Source of the DNA: Piromyces finnis finn
Lineage: Eukaryota; Fungi; Neocallimastigomycota
NCBI GenBank assembly: GCA_002104945.1
Contig: MCFH01000023.1
Location: 372,001 to 436,000, forward strand
Length of the DNA: 64,000 nucleotides
Direction of reading: 5' to 3'
The translations under genes and the position numbers were made by a program. The notes beneath the pieces are model-generated. The model had not been told where the DNA came from. It worked only from the letters and a program-made list of their open reading frames with translations, and ran no database searches. Position 1 is the first letter of the stretch. Every line of letters begins with the position of its first letter. Of the stretch, positions 36,256 through 52,400 are shown in pieces.

Positions 36256-37564
36256 ATGGAAGTTGAACCTGAAGTTAATATTAAAGAAATTGAATTTACA
36301 AATGAGGTTTGTTAGATATATAAAAATGTAATATTTTATTATCGTAATAATTAAAGAAATTTAAATTTATAACAAATATTTTAAATTATTCATTAAATGA
36401 ATTAAACTTATAAATTTACATAAGAAAACCAATAACATTCTCCTAAATGAATATGAAAACAATATAAATAAGTTATTGCCAGATAATATAACAATAAGTA
36501 TTCGTGAATTAGTTCATCCTCACTTTGGCTGTTATTTATGGCCAGGTTCATATGTATTAGCTTCATATATATGGAATTATCGATATAAATTCGTAAATGC
36601 AACAACAATTGAATTAGGTAAAAAAAAAAAGAAAAAGAAAAAAGTATATTTTATAGGAATAATTAAATGAATTGTTTTATATGTAATTACTAATTTTTTT
36701 TTTTTTGAAAATTTAACTTTTAAAATTTTAAATATTCGAAAAATAATAAAAACCTTTAAAGGTTCTGGTGTATCTTTGCCAAGTTTATTAATTGCAAAAC
36801 TGAAATATGAATATATACAAAAACATGAATGTTTGAACAATAAAAATAGTTCTATTTCTAATAAAATATTATCACCTACTATTATTACTGATATATCAAA
36901 TCCAAGATTTATTTTATCAAATATTCAAAAAGAAGTTAAACAAAATAATTTAAGATTAAATGAACAATCTAGTTTCTATGAAATAGATATGGAAGAAGAA
37001 AACAATAAAAACAGTAAAATTGATTTATTTATACATAAAAAATATAACTATTTTAGAATTAATAATTAATTTACTTTTGTTTTGAATATAGTCGATTATT
37101 TAACACAATATAATATATTTGTAGAACCATTATATTGGGGAATTCATGATACTCTTGTTGAAATTAAACAAAAATTAAGTAATATACCGACTTCATTCAC
37201 ATCAAATAATAATTATAAAATAGATTATATTTTGGCAGCAGACAATTTCTTTATACCAAAAGATTATGAAGATATTTTATCAACTGTTTCAATTATTTTC
37301 AGAAATTATCCTAATGCAAAATTCATAACTACATATCAAGAGAGAAGCTCTCAACGTACTATTCAGCATTTATTAGATGAATGGAATATGAAAGCAGTAG
37401 TTGTTCCATTAAGTTCATTTAATTGTAATGTTAATGATTTAGTTGTAAAAGAAGACCAAAATTCTACAGAAACCTCTTCTATTAAAAATGAAATTGATAA
37501 TAATTTACATTTTGGTGGAAGTATCTATAGCATTTTCTTACTTATTATTGAATCCAATAAATGA
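36256..37564 (+). CDS. METTL23: METTL23-like seven-beta-strand methyltransferase (family 16), multi-exon
   Basis: FGCYLWPGSYVLASYI, IELG|SGVSLPSL, LYWG, DYILAADNFFIPKDYEDILSTV and YQERS..LLDEWNM..VPLSSF. Confidence 0.75.
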
Positions 37565-38103
37565 AATTTTGCTATTTAAGACAATAGGAAAATAGTATGG
37601 AATTAACACTACTAAAAATGTTTATATTAAGTTTTTATTTATTATTATTATTATTTTTATATTTTCTATTATATATTATATTTTTTTTTATATTAAATAT
37701 TAAATATAAGATTTAAATATTTTTCTAAAATAATATATCTTTCCCCTTTTCTTTATATTTTTCCTTTTTTTATTTTATTTTATTTATTATTTTTTATCTT
37801 ATTTCATTTTTATTAATTCATTATTTTTATTTTTTATTTTATTTATTTATTACTATTATTAATATTTTGAAATTTATTATTTATGAATTATAAATTTACT
37901 ATTTTCAAAATTTACACTTTATTTTCTGATTTATAGTTTTTACTTTTATCTTAATATATTGCTTTTGTTATTAAAATTATTTTTAAGTTGAACTTCAATA
38001 TTATTGTTATTATTATCATTGTTTATTTGTATATGGAATAAAGAATGATTCAATTATATCTATTATGAATTATTTTATATTTTGAATTTTTAAAATTTTT
38101 CTT

Positions 38104-38646
38104 TTAACCAAGGATAAGAAGATACAATATTACAATTGAATTAATAACTATTAATGGAACTATTATATAAAGATTTATTGATAAACGAATAAATAAAAAA
38201 GTTATTTAATATTTATATTACAATGTATTTATATAAGTATGTTATAAATATATAAAACAATTATTTACTTCTTAATAATGTTCTTGTGGCTGATATTAAA
38301 TCAACGATTTTAGATTTAATAGTTGGTTCAGTGTTATAACCATTATTATTTCTTTTTGACCATCCAACTATAATATTAAATAATTTTAATATATCAATCA
38401 ATAAATATTAATGAAATAAAATTAAATATTAGTTTAAAATTGTAATAAAGATTCTTTATATTTATTAATTTGATTGAATTATTTATAAATGTTTCATTCA
38501 CTTTTTAATAAATATTTGAATTTCTATAAAATTCTATTTATAATTTAGTATTTACTTCTTGCTAAGAAACGATCTTCATGTAATATAGCAACTGAATTTA
38601 TGAAAAGAAGGGTAATAATTATAATTTGTATTACTAATGAGGCCAT
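38104..38646 (-). CDS. YOS1: Yos1 / IER3IP1 ER-Golgi transport protein (3 exons, absent from the ORF track)
   Basis: Hand splice: MASLVIQIIIITLLFINSVAILHEDRFLAR | xGWSKRNNNGYNTEPTIKSKIVDLISATRTLLR | xPLIVINSIVILYLLILG*, with GTAAAT donors and TAG acceptors. Confidence 0.9.
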
Positions 38647-39028
38647 TATTTTTATATTTTTATTTTTATTTGTGATTTATTTACTATTTTTTTTTTAATA
38701 TAAAAATAAATTATTATTATGCATAAAAATGAAAAATCTTAAATATTTTTTATTTTTTATTATATTATTAAATCAATATTTAAGAATGATAAATTTAATA
38801 ATTAACTTAATTATATAAAAAAAGCTATATTAAAAAAATCATTAAATTTATTCGATAAATTATATATAAACAATTTAAAATTTTTAAAAATTTATATAAC
38901 ACAATTTTAATAAATGTTCTAGTGAATAAAATAATTTTGTTTTATATTTAATAAATAGATTTTAATATGAAGATTCCACAATAATACCATAATACATATT
39001 TATTAATTACAGTAAACTGCTATAAATT

Positions 39029-41176
39029 ATGAATTCAAAAGGTTATAATTCTTTAGCATCGTCAAATAACGAGCTAGCATCAATATCTACTAATGAAAAT
39101 AAGAATAGAATTAATGCAAATAAAATAACATGGCTAGTACAAAAGTTATCTGAGCTAAAATATGATCCTAATCGAGCAGTTCCCTTCTATTTTAAAGATG
39201 ATGTTTTAGTTACAATATTAATGTGTTTAATTTGTAAAAAAAATAGTATTATTTTTGATGTCAATGAAAATCAAAAACCATTTAAAAATATGTTAGAAAA
39301 AATTATTTTTTCTATTTTTGGATTTTCTTTTACTTCATATAGATGCAAACCTTCCACTACTTCCAATGAGTTTATTTCTGGAATATTAAATAGAATTAAA
39401 GGAAACAACAACAATAACAACAACAACAACAACAATAATAATCAGGAAATGATAGGAAATTCATTATTTCTTCGTACAGAGGGTATTGTAATATATAATA
39501 ATATATAAAGTATAAATCATAAATATAATACTTACAAAATATCAAATGATTTTGTTGTTTTCTTTCTTTTTTTTTATAGAAAGTTTACAAGATAAGAAAT
39601 CAAATTCAATGCCAGATCTTAATAAACTCTCAATAGATGATACTCTTGATAATAAATACAAATCTCTAGCCTTTAATATTGTAAATAATTTTAATATATT
39701 AAATTATTAAATTATTATTCCTAATATGTTTATTTTAAATTTACTGTATAACATAATATTATATAATAAAATGTAGGATTATAAAGAAGATATTCAAAAT
39801 AACTTTTTAAGTATTCATAATTCACAAGTGATATATTCTAATGCAATGATAAAGAATATATACAATAATAAAAAAGATATTCTTAATTATAATTTTAATA
39901 ATAATAGTAATGGTGATATCAAAAGTTATTCCAATAATACAATTAATAAAAATAAAATTAATGCAATGAAATCATATACCACAGGAAGAAGATATGATCT
40001 TATTAATAAATTACTACAACCTCCAGAAACGGATAACCATAAAGAAGTTATTTATAATACCAATACATTATCACGATTAAATCTAGAAAATAAAATTAAT
40101 GATTTTACAATGTTTGATTCTGAGCAACTAGTTAATAAAGTCAAAAGTTCGCTTATTAGTCTCAATTCACAACCTTTACCAAATGTCATTATTATTGAAA
40201 ATATGGATGATGCAAGTCCTATTGTTCAAGATGTTATTTTGCAAGTAAGTATAAAAAAAAAAAAGAAATAATTATTTTAATTATTTATCTTGTAAATATT
40301 CACATAATATAAAATTTATATATAATTAATAATAAAAGATGCTCGTTAAGAAAAAACTATTTAATATTGATTTTCCAAGCCCATTTATAATAATATCATT
40401 AATTTCCAAACCAGAAATTCAAAATAATGTTATTAGTCGCTTAGTAAGCAGATTAAAGAATAATTATAATAATATTATGAATGAAATAGAAATATTAAGA
40501 TATAGTTTTATATATATAAACCTAATTAAATATTAATTTATTATTATTATTATTATTATTATTATATTTTTTTTTTTAATTTAAATACAAAGTTAAATAA
40601 CACCTTTCTATATCACAGACTCAAAGAAAATATTACTCATTCAGTTCCTATATATCTTTCTAATGATTCATTAATAACGAATGAAGAAATACAGAATCTA
40701 ATAAATGATATGGAAAAGATCACTACAAGCAAATATATCGATATTTATATAAGGGATATTATGACAGGAATTCGAACTCATCCTTTGATTAGTAGTGGTG
40801 TACCAGTGAGTAGTACAAAAGATTTGATATTAGCAACAAAGTAAGAAAATCCTAACATTTATAAAATAATTATAATTAATCATAAATAGTGAATAATAAC
40901 ATAATCCAAAAAAATATTTATATTTATTAATATATAATATATTATATAATTTGAAAAAATAAATATAAAAAATATTAAAGGGCATTGTCAGTATTGTTTG
41001 AGCAGACTTACATGACTGTGGATCATATTCAAATTGCTTTAAAACATGTGCTATCTCATCGAATGAATCTTGTTCATTATTCCAACCATGTCAGTAAAAA
41101 CTTTAAAAATCAATACATTAATATTAATGCAGGTTACATTTTAGCTGATGTGCTAAATAAACTTCCAATTAAATAA
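39029..41176 (+). CDS. Degenerate MoxR/Mg-chelatase-like AAA+ protein with lid domain (fungal Mtc2-like), multi-exon
   Basis: LPNVIIIENMDDASPIVQDVILQ, IRTHPLISSG, and ALSVLFEQTYMTVDHIQIALKHVLSHRM (AAA-lid-like). Confidence 0.5.
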
Positions 41177-41686
41177 AAATAATACATAAGAAACTATTTT
41201 CATTATAAATAAAATATTATTTATATATATAATAAAAATATTAAAACAATTATTATAATAATAATTGTGAAAAGTTTTTATCTGGAATTATGTTTCATGT
41301 GTATTCATTTTTTAATTATTATTATTGCCATTATTAAAAACACCAATTCAAAGAATAGTTTTTTTCAAAAAATATAATTAATTGTCGTCTATAATAATAG
41401 ATAGTATGATTGGTTAAAAATGAATTATTTTAAAAAATTTATTTATAGATTTTGATTTTTATTGAAATAATTTAATCTGAAGTTTTATTTTCTTAATAAT
41501 TAATTTTTTTTTTATATATATTAAAATATAAAAGTTTTCAATTTTGAAAATAAGCTATATTAATATATATAAAAATATAAATATAATTATTAATTATATT
41601 TAAATAAATTATTTAATAGTACATAAAGTATTATCAAATATCATTTAAAATAATTAATAACTTAATTGAAAATAAAAATAGTAAAA

Positions 41687-44600
41687 ATGACAGATAATAA
41701 TGTGCGTTTAGGAGTTGTTTTATACTGGTGCTCTTCCTACGATTTTGAAATAGCAGAAGAAAAGCAACGTAAAGATGAAATTATTTTAAAAAAAAAGTTT
41801 CTTTTATTCATTGATCCTGAGAGCAATATCTCTAAGTTAAAACAACTATGTAGTAATAAATATAAAACTCTTTATCCAGAATACCCGTAATATATTTATA
41901 AAAACTAGTTTTAATTCACTATACAATAAATTAATGGCTAATAATAAATTTAATAAATAATTATTTAATAATTTAAAATAATCAGTTCTTTCAGCATAAA
42001 GGAAATAAGAACTACTGATGATTTTATAGCCGAAAATCATGAAAAGGTTAAAGATGTATTTGTAACACCAACTGCATGTATTGTATTTAAAGGTTTTCCA
42101 AAAGATTGTTATAATGCTGAGACAGGTAAATACATTTTTAAATGTATAAAAAAAACAATATTTATTTATAGAAAGTATTTATTAATGATTTTATTTTATT
42201 TTATTTTTTTTTGTTTAAAAATTAGACCGTTTTGTAGTACCAGAAGGAAGTAAAGAAAAATTGAAGGTATATTTTTAATTTTTAATAAAAATAACTTATT
42301 TATTTTTTCCATAATATTTTAAATGAGTATTCATACTTATTATTATTTTTTTAATATATATATTTTATAATGTTAATTAATTAAATTAAATTTTAAAAGC
42401 ACTTATCAAGAAAAGAAAAGAGATTATTAAAGAAAGAAATTAATAAGAATAACAATACCGATAATACATCAAATAATAATACCCCAAAGAAGGATAATAA
42501 TAACAATAACAATAATAATAACAATAATAAGAGTAATGTAAAGAAGAGCAATACTACATCAAATACTTCTACACCAAAGAAAGATAATAATAAATCAATT
42601 AATACTCCAAAGAAAAATAATAAAGCAAATAGTAATAATAATAATAATAATAAGAAGAAGAATGAAAAGGAAAAGGCAACGGTTGAAATTAAAAGTTTAA
42701 CTGATTCTCCAATGCCAATTGACTCATCAACTATTGATAAAGCTATTAAACAGACTACAAAGCAGGAAATAAAAATTAAGAAAGATCAGGTTCAGAAGAT
42801 AGTTGTAAAACCTAAAGGTGAAGAAATTAAGAGTTTAACAGATTCACCATTACCTATTGATATTGCCTCTAATAATGTAAACAATATTGAAATTAAATTA
42901 AATAAAAATAATAATGCTAATAATAACAAGAAAAAGAATAATACCAATACAGAAAAAAAGAACGAAGGTCAAAATAAAAATAATCCAAAGTCAAAAGAAA
43001 CTGGTAGTGATGTCATGGATGTTGATATTGATCAAAATAATCAACAAGTAATGGAAATAGATCAACAAAATGAAAACACTGAAAATGTTTCTGGCGGTAA
43101 AAAAAAGAAAGCTAAGAAAAGAAAGAGAGATATTGAAAATAATACTACTAATGCTCAAAATAATAAAAGTAATGAAAATATAGAACATCCTAACAAAAAG
43201 GCTAAAGTAAATGAAGCTAAAACAATTCCATCATCTTCAGTAGATAAATTAGATGATAATAAAGTGAAGTTAAAAGACCAACAACAACAGCAACAATCAA
43301 ATAATCAAAAAAATGTAGCAAAACAATTAAAAAAGCCTGGAACTACTAAACAACAGCAACAACCTTCAAAAAATGTGGATGTTATTACTGATTCATCCAT
43401 TGCAAATCCAAAGAAAACAGAAAATAATAAAACTCCAACACAGACTCAAAAAAGTAAAAAAATAGAAAATAATAAACCTACATCTCAAAATCAAACACAA
43501 ACTTCAAAAGGTAAAAAGATAGATAATAATAAAACTTCGACTCAAAGCCTAAAAGCTAAAAAGATAGATAATAGTAAAACACCAACACAAACTCCAAAAG
43601 CTAAAACAGTTAATAATAATAAAAATTCATCTGAAACTTCTGAAACAAAAAAAGAAGATAATAAGGACAATAAAGTTGCATCAAAAGCAACAAAAGCTAA
43701 AAAAACAGATGCAAAAACAACACCAGAAGAGAAAAATAAAACTTTTGTAAGTTCTATAAAAGTCAAAAATGATACTCAAATGAAATCACAACCTGCTAAG
43801 AAAGAAAAGGAACAAGAAAAAGATGAAAAAATTTCAGTAACTAAAAAGAAGCCAGTTTCTTCAACACCATCGAATGAAAAAAAAACTGATAATAAAGAAC
43901 CAAAATCAAATGAATCAAAAGTAGATAGCATAACTAAAATTACAAAGGACATTAATGTAAAAAAAAAAAAAAACAAAAAAAAACTTAATAATATTATCTA
44001 ATAAATAATTATATAAAAATAGTTTTATAATAATAATAATTTTTTTTATCTTTAATATATATTAAAAGGTTGATAAAGTAAAAACCATTACAAAAAAGGA
44101 AAAAGAAGACAAAAAGGATAAAAAACCCGTTTCCAAACCGTTAGTAGAATTAAAGACAGAAGAAAAAAGTTTAAAATCAGCATCAATTCAGTCAAAAAAG
44201 GTTACTGAAACCAAATCAAATTTTTCATTAGAAAAGTCAAAAAAAGTAACTGAAATAAAACCAAAGGCAATTCCAGATATACCAGCAAAATCAACGGTCA
44301 GTACCTGGAAAAGAACTCGTCTCTGGTCACAAAATACATCCGTATCTTTAGAAGAATTTGCTCAATCTTTCAACGATTCTCTTTCAGTAAATTCTGCTTT
44401 TTCAGATCTTTTAGGCTCAAATAGTTCCGTAAACGATAATGTTTTTGTTGAACCTTTATCTACTCGTAAGGTGAGCGATCTTCGCAAAGTTAGTAATATT
44501 GATGAAGATTTTAATAACAATAAAGATTCTATGGATATTGATGATGATGATGATGATTCTAATTCCGATTCAGACACTGATGATTACGATAGTGATTCCT

Positions 44601-45211
44601 CATCTTCATCTTCATCCGATTCAGATTCAGACGACTCTACAAAAAAGAAACAAAATTCTTCAAATGGTATAAGAATTGCTGGTAAACGCAAGAATAATAA
44701 GAAAAAATCTAAAAAATCATCTCTTTTCCAGCTCTTTGAGGATTGTAAGTAAAAAAAATGTTTAAATATTTTTAATAACTCAATAAAATAAAAGATAAAA
44801 ATCTAATTGAAAATGAATTTATAAATTACATTTTATTATAGCCAAAGATGATAGTAACCCATTTAGTCAATACAAAACAAAAAGTAACCAAATGAATAAA
44901 AATAATATGCCAATTGTTTCTTCAATGAAAAGATTGACCTCTAAAAATTCTTCTATATATTCTTCCACTGGTTATCAAAATAGAACTCTTTCAAGTTTCA
45001 ATGGTATTTTAGAAATAATAGCATTCATAATTATTAATCAATAACTTTTATATTTATTATTTCAACATTTTAATTTTTTTTCTTTTTTAAAAAAACCAAT
45101 CTTTATTTAGCTGTTCCAATTCAAACTGAAGCAGTATTAACATCTCTTTCACAACCATCTACAACTCCTTTTGATAGTGATGAAGAAAGTTTAGATGAAG
45201 TTGTTATTTAA
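41687..45211 (+). CDS. Lys/Asn-rich nucleolar-type protein with Net1/Tof2/Dnt1-like N-terminal (Cdc14-binding-type) domain, multi-exon
   Basis: N-terminal KKFLLFIDPESNISKLKQLCSNKYKTLYPE..VKDVF. Long K-rich ORF 42712..44001 and acidic D/S tract 44471..44752. The stop at 45209..45211 is tentative. Confidence 0.5.
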
Positions 45212-45508
45212 AAATAATATAAATGTAGTTTTATTTTTGTGAAATTTAAATTCAGTTTTTTTTTTAATAAATAATTTATCTCTATTTAATATTTTAATAA
45301 ATATATCCATGAAATTAGTAAATATAAAAACCATTTTACTCTTAAAATTTAATTTATATTTTAAATTACCAAAATAAAAAATGAACTTTTTTTTTTCTTT
45401 CAATAATAAAATACACTTTTAAACACTTTAAAAATAAAAAAATTACATTTATTATTTGAAGGATTAAAATTCTCTTTTTCAAGAAAAAATTTTATTAAGA
45501 TTATTTCT

Positions 45509-45524
45509 GGTATTGAAAAATACC
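45509..45524 (-). other. Histone 3' UTR stem-loop-like element of H3 (GGTATT-TTTC-AATACC)
   Basis: 6-bp stem with 4-nt TTTC loop, 114 nt after the H3 stop on the sense strand. Confidence 0.75.
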
Positions 45525-45638
45525 ACTTACAATAGATAATAAAAGTAACTTTAAAGTATTATTATAAATAATACCACTTCTATTATTAAAATTATAATTA
45601 AAAATTTTTTCAAAATATATACATCTTCATAAAATTTC

Positions 45639-48053
<2,415 letters not shown>

Positions 48054-48179
48054 GTTTGCTAACTGCTCAAAGACTATATTGTATAATACAAAAATATATA
48101 AAATATTATTTTTTTAAAGAAAATATCGTCTAAAATTTCTTTAAAAAGCCAACATTTTTTTTAAAATGTTTATATAAAC

Positions 48180-48195
48180 GGTATTTTTAAATACC
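48180..48195 (+). other. Histone 3' UTR stem-loop-like element of H4 (GGTATT-TTTA-AATACC)
   Basis: 6-bp stem with 4-nt TTTA loop, 126 nt after the H4 stop. The stem is identical to the H3 element. Confidence 0.75.
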
Positions 48196-48570
48196 AAATT
48201 CTAATAAAGGAATGTCTTTTACAAAGACAGTATTAAATAAAAATTCTTAAAAAAAAAGTTTTAGAAGTGTTTAAACGTATAAATTAATGTGTAATTTTAA
48301 GGCTATGAAAGTGAATTTGAAATTTATATATTTTAAGAGTTAATATGAATGAAAAAAGTAAAAATTATTTTGGTTATTAGTAGAGTGTATTGAAAGTAAG
48401 TAGATCTAAAATAGAATAAAATTCGTATTACAAATTATTTGGAGTAAATATGTAACTATCTTAGAAATGAATGTTGCTGTTGGCAAGAAGAGGGGATTTA
48501 AAGATTTGCAATTTACTACGTCTTGATTGAGCTAATTTAAATGAAATGTTCTTATGAAATGTCCTTTGGA

Positions 48571-48630
48571 ATAATGCCTTTTGCTATTGTCCAGCAAGGT
48601 CAATGTTCAAAAGATTTGAAGCAACATCCA
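48571..48630 (+). mobile_element. 60-bp diverged copy of the LINE ORF 3' end fused to the 5' end of LINE copy 2
   Basis: Aligns to 53886..53946 with 3 substitutions and a 1-bp deletion. It joins the monomer through shared CA. Confidence 0.85.
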
Positions 48631-48855
48631 TTTATTTAATAAATGTAGTTTCTCAAGGGGGTCTACTCATGCTCATGGTACTGAGAGAGTAGAAAGAATT
48701 AAATCCAAGTATTGCGCAATGGATGCTTGGTGCCCTCTTAGGAACGTGCCTTCATTTATTTAATAATGGAGTTTATCAAGGGGGTCTACTCATGCTCATG
48801 GTACTGAGAGAGTAGAAAGAATTAAATCCAAGCATTGCGCAATGGATGCTTGGTT
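48629..48855 (+). repeat. Tandem ~124-bp 5' monomers of LINE copy 2
   Basis: The second unit starts at 48733. ATTGCGCAAT at 48711..48720 and 48834..48843. Partial third hairpin at 48885..48900. Confidence 0.9.
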
Positions 48856-49496
48856 AGTCTTCAAGGGAAAATTATTAGGACTAAGCTCATGGTACTGAGC
48901 GATTAAAAAACATTTTATTCATCAAATTTAAGTATTTGATGAATAAGTGAATGTTTGATTTTTCAGGTAAGTTTGTATAGTATTTAATTAGAAGAGTAAT
49001 ACATTTTGTTGCTGTATTTTTTCTTTTATTCATGTATTCATGTAGTACTACTCTTCTCTTGTAAGAATCCAATGTAGTCAACTTTAGCATTTGCATTGTA
49101 TTTTTATATTCATGTAGCTATTGTTGTATTGTTTCTTGTAAGAGACTGATTCACTCTACATCATGTAAAAATACTATTCACAAGCTTTCTGGTGTCGACA
49201 TTCTTGATTCAAATTTTTTACCAATTTAAATATTTAATGAAAAGTAAGTCAAACAAGTTTAGTGTCAAAAAGCGATTCGAATTTACTAACAACAAACCAA
49301 AACTAGAATTTTTAAAGAAAATTTACAACTAGAATTCAAAAAAAGAAACTTTAAACAAAGCATCCTAACAATTTTTGTACTATCCAGTACTTTTAAGAAG
49401 AGAGAGAGAGACAGATTTTTTTTCCATATACGTTATATTTATAATTTTTATTAGTATTTATTTTATATTCAATATTTTTAATTAGAATTTATTATC

Positions 49497-52400
49497 ATGT
49501 CAGTCCTTTATATTAAAGACAAGAATTATATCAGACGTGGTACCCGGTCTTATGGTATCCCCTTAGATGATATTCGCTCCTTCTTTATCCGTGGTATTCG
49601 ATCATGGTCAGTAAATATGCTATGGGAAAAACTCGAGGTTATTCTAGAAGATAAATTTAATTCAGTTATTAGTGTTAAATATTTTCAGACTTTCAATGAT
49701 CACTTTTTCTTAGTCAAGGTTCATGGTTCATCGAAAGATTGTATTAAAATCTTACACATGTTAAAGAAGAAACTTTCAGTTACCTCAATTTCCTTTTCAG
49801 CTCGTAGTAGAAGGAATCACAAATACACTTTTTCCACTCTCAAACGTAAAATTTTAATTTCTAATAAACATCAACATTCTATTCAACAATCATTTCAACA
49901 ATCAGTTCAACAATCTCATCAACAATCCGATCTTCAACTAGATCTTCAACAAGATCTTCAACAAGTTTCCAATCATGAAAATATTCCAGATCTACAGCAA
50001 ACACAATTTCAATCTCAACATTCAACAATTAATTCTAATAGCTCTATCAACTCTGATAACAGTTCAATAGTTGATAGTTCTTCAGTTTCACAGCCATCTA
50101 GTAATAGTTCTACTTATTCCTCTGATGCATCATCCATTAATAACGATGACTTTAATAATAGTAATAATAGCAACGATTCTTCCTCATCCTCATCCAACAA
50201 GCCTGATAACTTTTCTTTTTGTCTTAGTTGGAACACCAATGGGTGGAATCACGAAAAGAGAGATAGTATTAGCTATTTCACAGCTATTTTCAAACCATTA
50301 TTTTTATGTTTCCAAGAAACTGGTAATGGTTCTGGATCGAATACAGATTATCCTTGTCGTGTTACTTTGCGAAACTATAGACACTTTTTCAAGAAAGCTG
50401 ACGAATCAGTTCCGGGAATGAGAGGTTTATATTTAGGTTTTCACAATTCATGTCAAGCCTCACTTGAAAACTTCTCTGGAAAGTATATTATTTCTATTTA
50501 TACTTTTAGTCTCTGGAATAGATTCAAATGCTCGATTGGAAATGTTTATATGCCTCATAGTCATCACAACATCTATGTTGATCATGCAAAGTTAGAAGTT
50601 CGCTTGTGGTTACAAACTCATTCATCCCATCCATCGATTCTTGTTGGTGATTTTAATATGTCTAAAGTAAAATTATCCAACTGGTTATCAACTAATGGAT
50701 TAGGAGATTGGGAAATTCTTCCGCTTAGAGGGTCGACTATCTCTTGGACTCGAGGTGATCAATCTTCCGACATTGACCATGCTCTTATCAATTCGAAGAT
50801 GAAAGATCTTATTCACTCAGGATCATTTATAAATAATTTTTATCCTGTATCAGACCATAAGCCACTTCTTATTAATGGTAAAATTATTCCTATGGATGAT
50901 TTTTCTAATGACTTTAATGTTCCTAAGAAAATTCTGAAATGGAATAGATTAAAATGTATTGAGGAAAAGGAATCTATTCTCAGTCATAATAAATTCCAAA
51001 TACTTTCAGCAAAATCCAACGATCCTAATGTTTCTACAGATGAACTTTCCAAAGAGTTTACTTCAACTGCTTTTTCAATTGCAGACGAGCTCAGTATTAC
51101 TTCAGCAAATAATGTTATAAAGTCTTCATTTCATATTTCACAACAAATTTTTAATCTTCAAAAAATCAAAATGAAGTTGTATAAGAGATTTAAAAAAGAA
51201 AGAATTTATGATATAGATGAATTTATTAAAAGAATTAAAATCTACCGTAAACTCATTGATTACATCCACAAAAGATGTAATGAATTTAGGAAGCAAGAAT
51301 ATCTTCATTGGATTAAAACAGGATGTGAGTATATGAAGAGTCATAATCCTAAGAAGGCCTGGAAATGGATCAAGAAAACTGCAAAAATTGGAAAAGATTC
51401 TTTCTTTATTGCTCAACCAATTAAAAATAAAAATGGAGAATTAGTTGTTGCTACGGAAGAACAACTAGATGTGTGGCATGATCATTTCGAAAATCTTGCA
51501 TCAGACCCAAGTGGTGTAAGTCTTGATTTGGAGCATTGGTATGAAGAACCAATGAATAAACGTTTTTCACTTCCTATGCTTGATGAGTGGGATATCAACC
51601 AAGATATTAGTATTGATGAAGTCAAGTCAGCTATCCTCTCTACTCCAAATTATAAAGCATCAGGTCCGGATGGTATTCCAATTGAATTTTACAAAGCATT
51701 AGTTCCATCAAGTAATGATTCTAATAATGCTACAGATAATAATTCTTCTGGTAATACTACTTCAGATAATGATGCTCATGGTTTAAATTTTATTCTTAAA
51801 TTATTCAACCGTATTTGGGATGGAGATTTCCCCAACTCATGGAATGAATCCAGTATTGTTTCTATTCCTAAGAAGGGAGATTTGACAGATTGTGATAACT
51901 ATCGAGGTATATCACTTATCAATAATGGTATTAAGTTGATTTCCAAAATTGTCACCACTAGAATCTCAGAATATGGTTTAAAGAATAATTTCATTAGACC
52001 TGAACAATTTGGTTTTCGAAAAAAAGAAGAAAGTATTAGTCTTTTCATTTCAATCCAAGAAATATGCCGTAGACGTCAATTAGATAATAAAGAGACATAT
52101 TTGGCCTTTTTAGATCTCAGGAAAGCATACGATTCAGTCCCAATCGGTAATATTCTCCATAAATTAGATTGTTTAGGAATCCGAGGTAAGAGTCTACAAT
52201 TTATCAAAAATTTATATTTAACATCTAAGGCTAATGTCAAATTAGATGGACAATTCTCGAAATCTTTTGATGTGAAGAAAGGAGTCCGTCAAGGTTGCCC
52301 TCTTTCTCCTATTCTCTTTAATCTCTTTATTAATGATATATTTAGAGAGTGCGAAGATCTAGGAGTCAGTTTAGGTGACACTCGATGCTGTGGTGGACTT

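Noticed and set aside
48430-48530. Possible decayed LINE pre-RT motif (LARRGDLKICN resembles IPKKGDLTDCDN) upstream of copy 2
   Set aside because: It is too short and degenerate to call without a tBLASTn/HMM score.
48655-48700. Hammerhead-like words in the LINE monomer (GUC..UAC/GUA..CUGAGAGA..GAAA)
   Set aside because: The core is not CUGANGA, stem II cannot form, and GAAAG cannot pair with GGUC to make stem III. It is not a canonical hammerhead. No convincing HDV, twister or pistol fold was found by eye either.
48629-48900. Monomers as a CRISPR array, tRNA/SINE head or U6 fragment (GCTCATGGTA resembles a D-arm; TGCGCAATGGATG resembles U6)
   Set aside because: There are no unique spacers, no B-box or cloverleaf, and the similarities are only about 10 nt.
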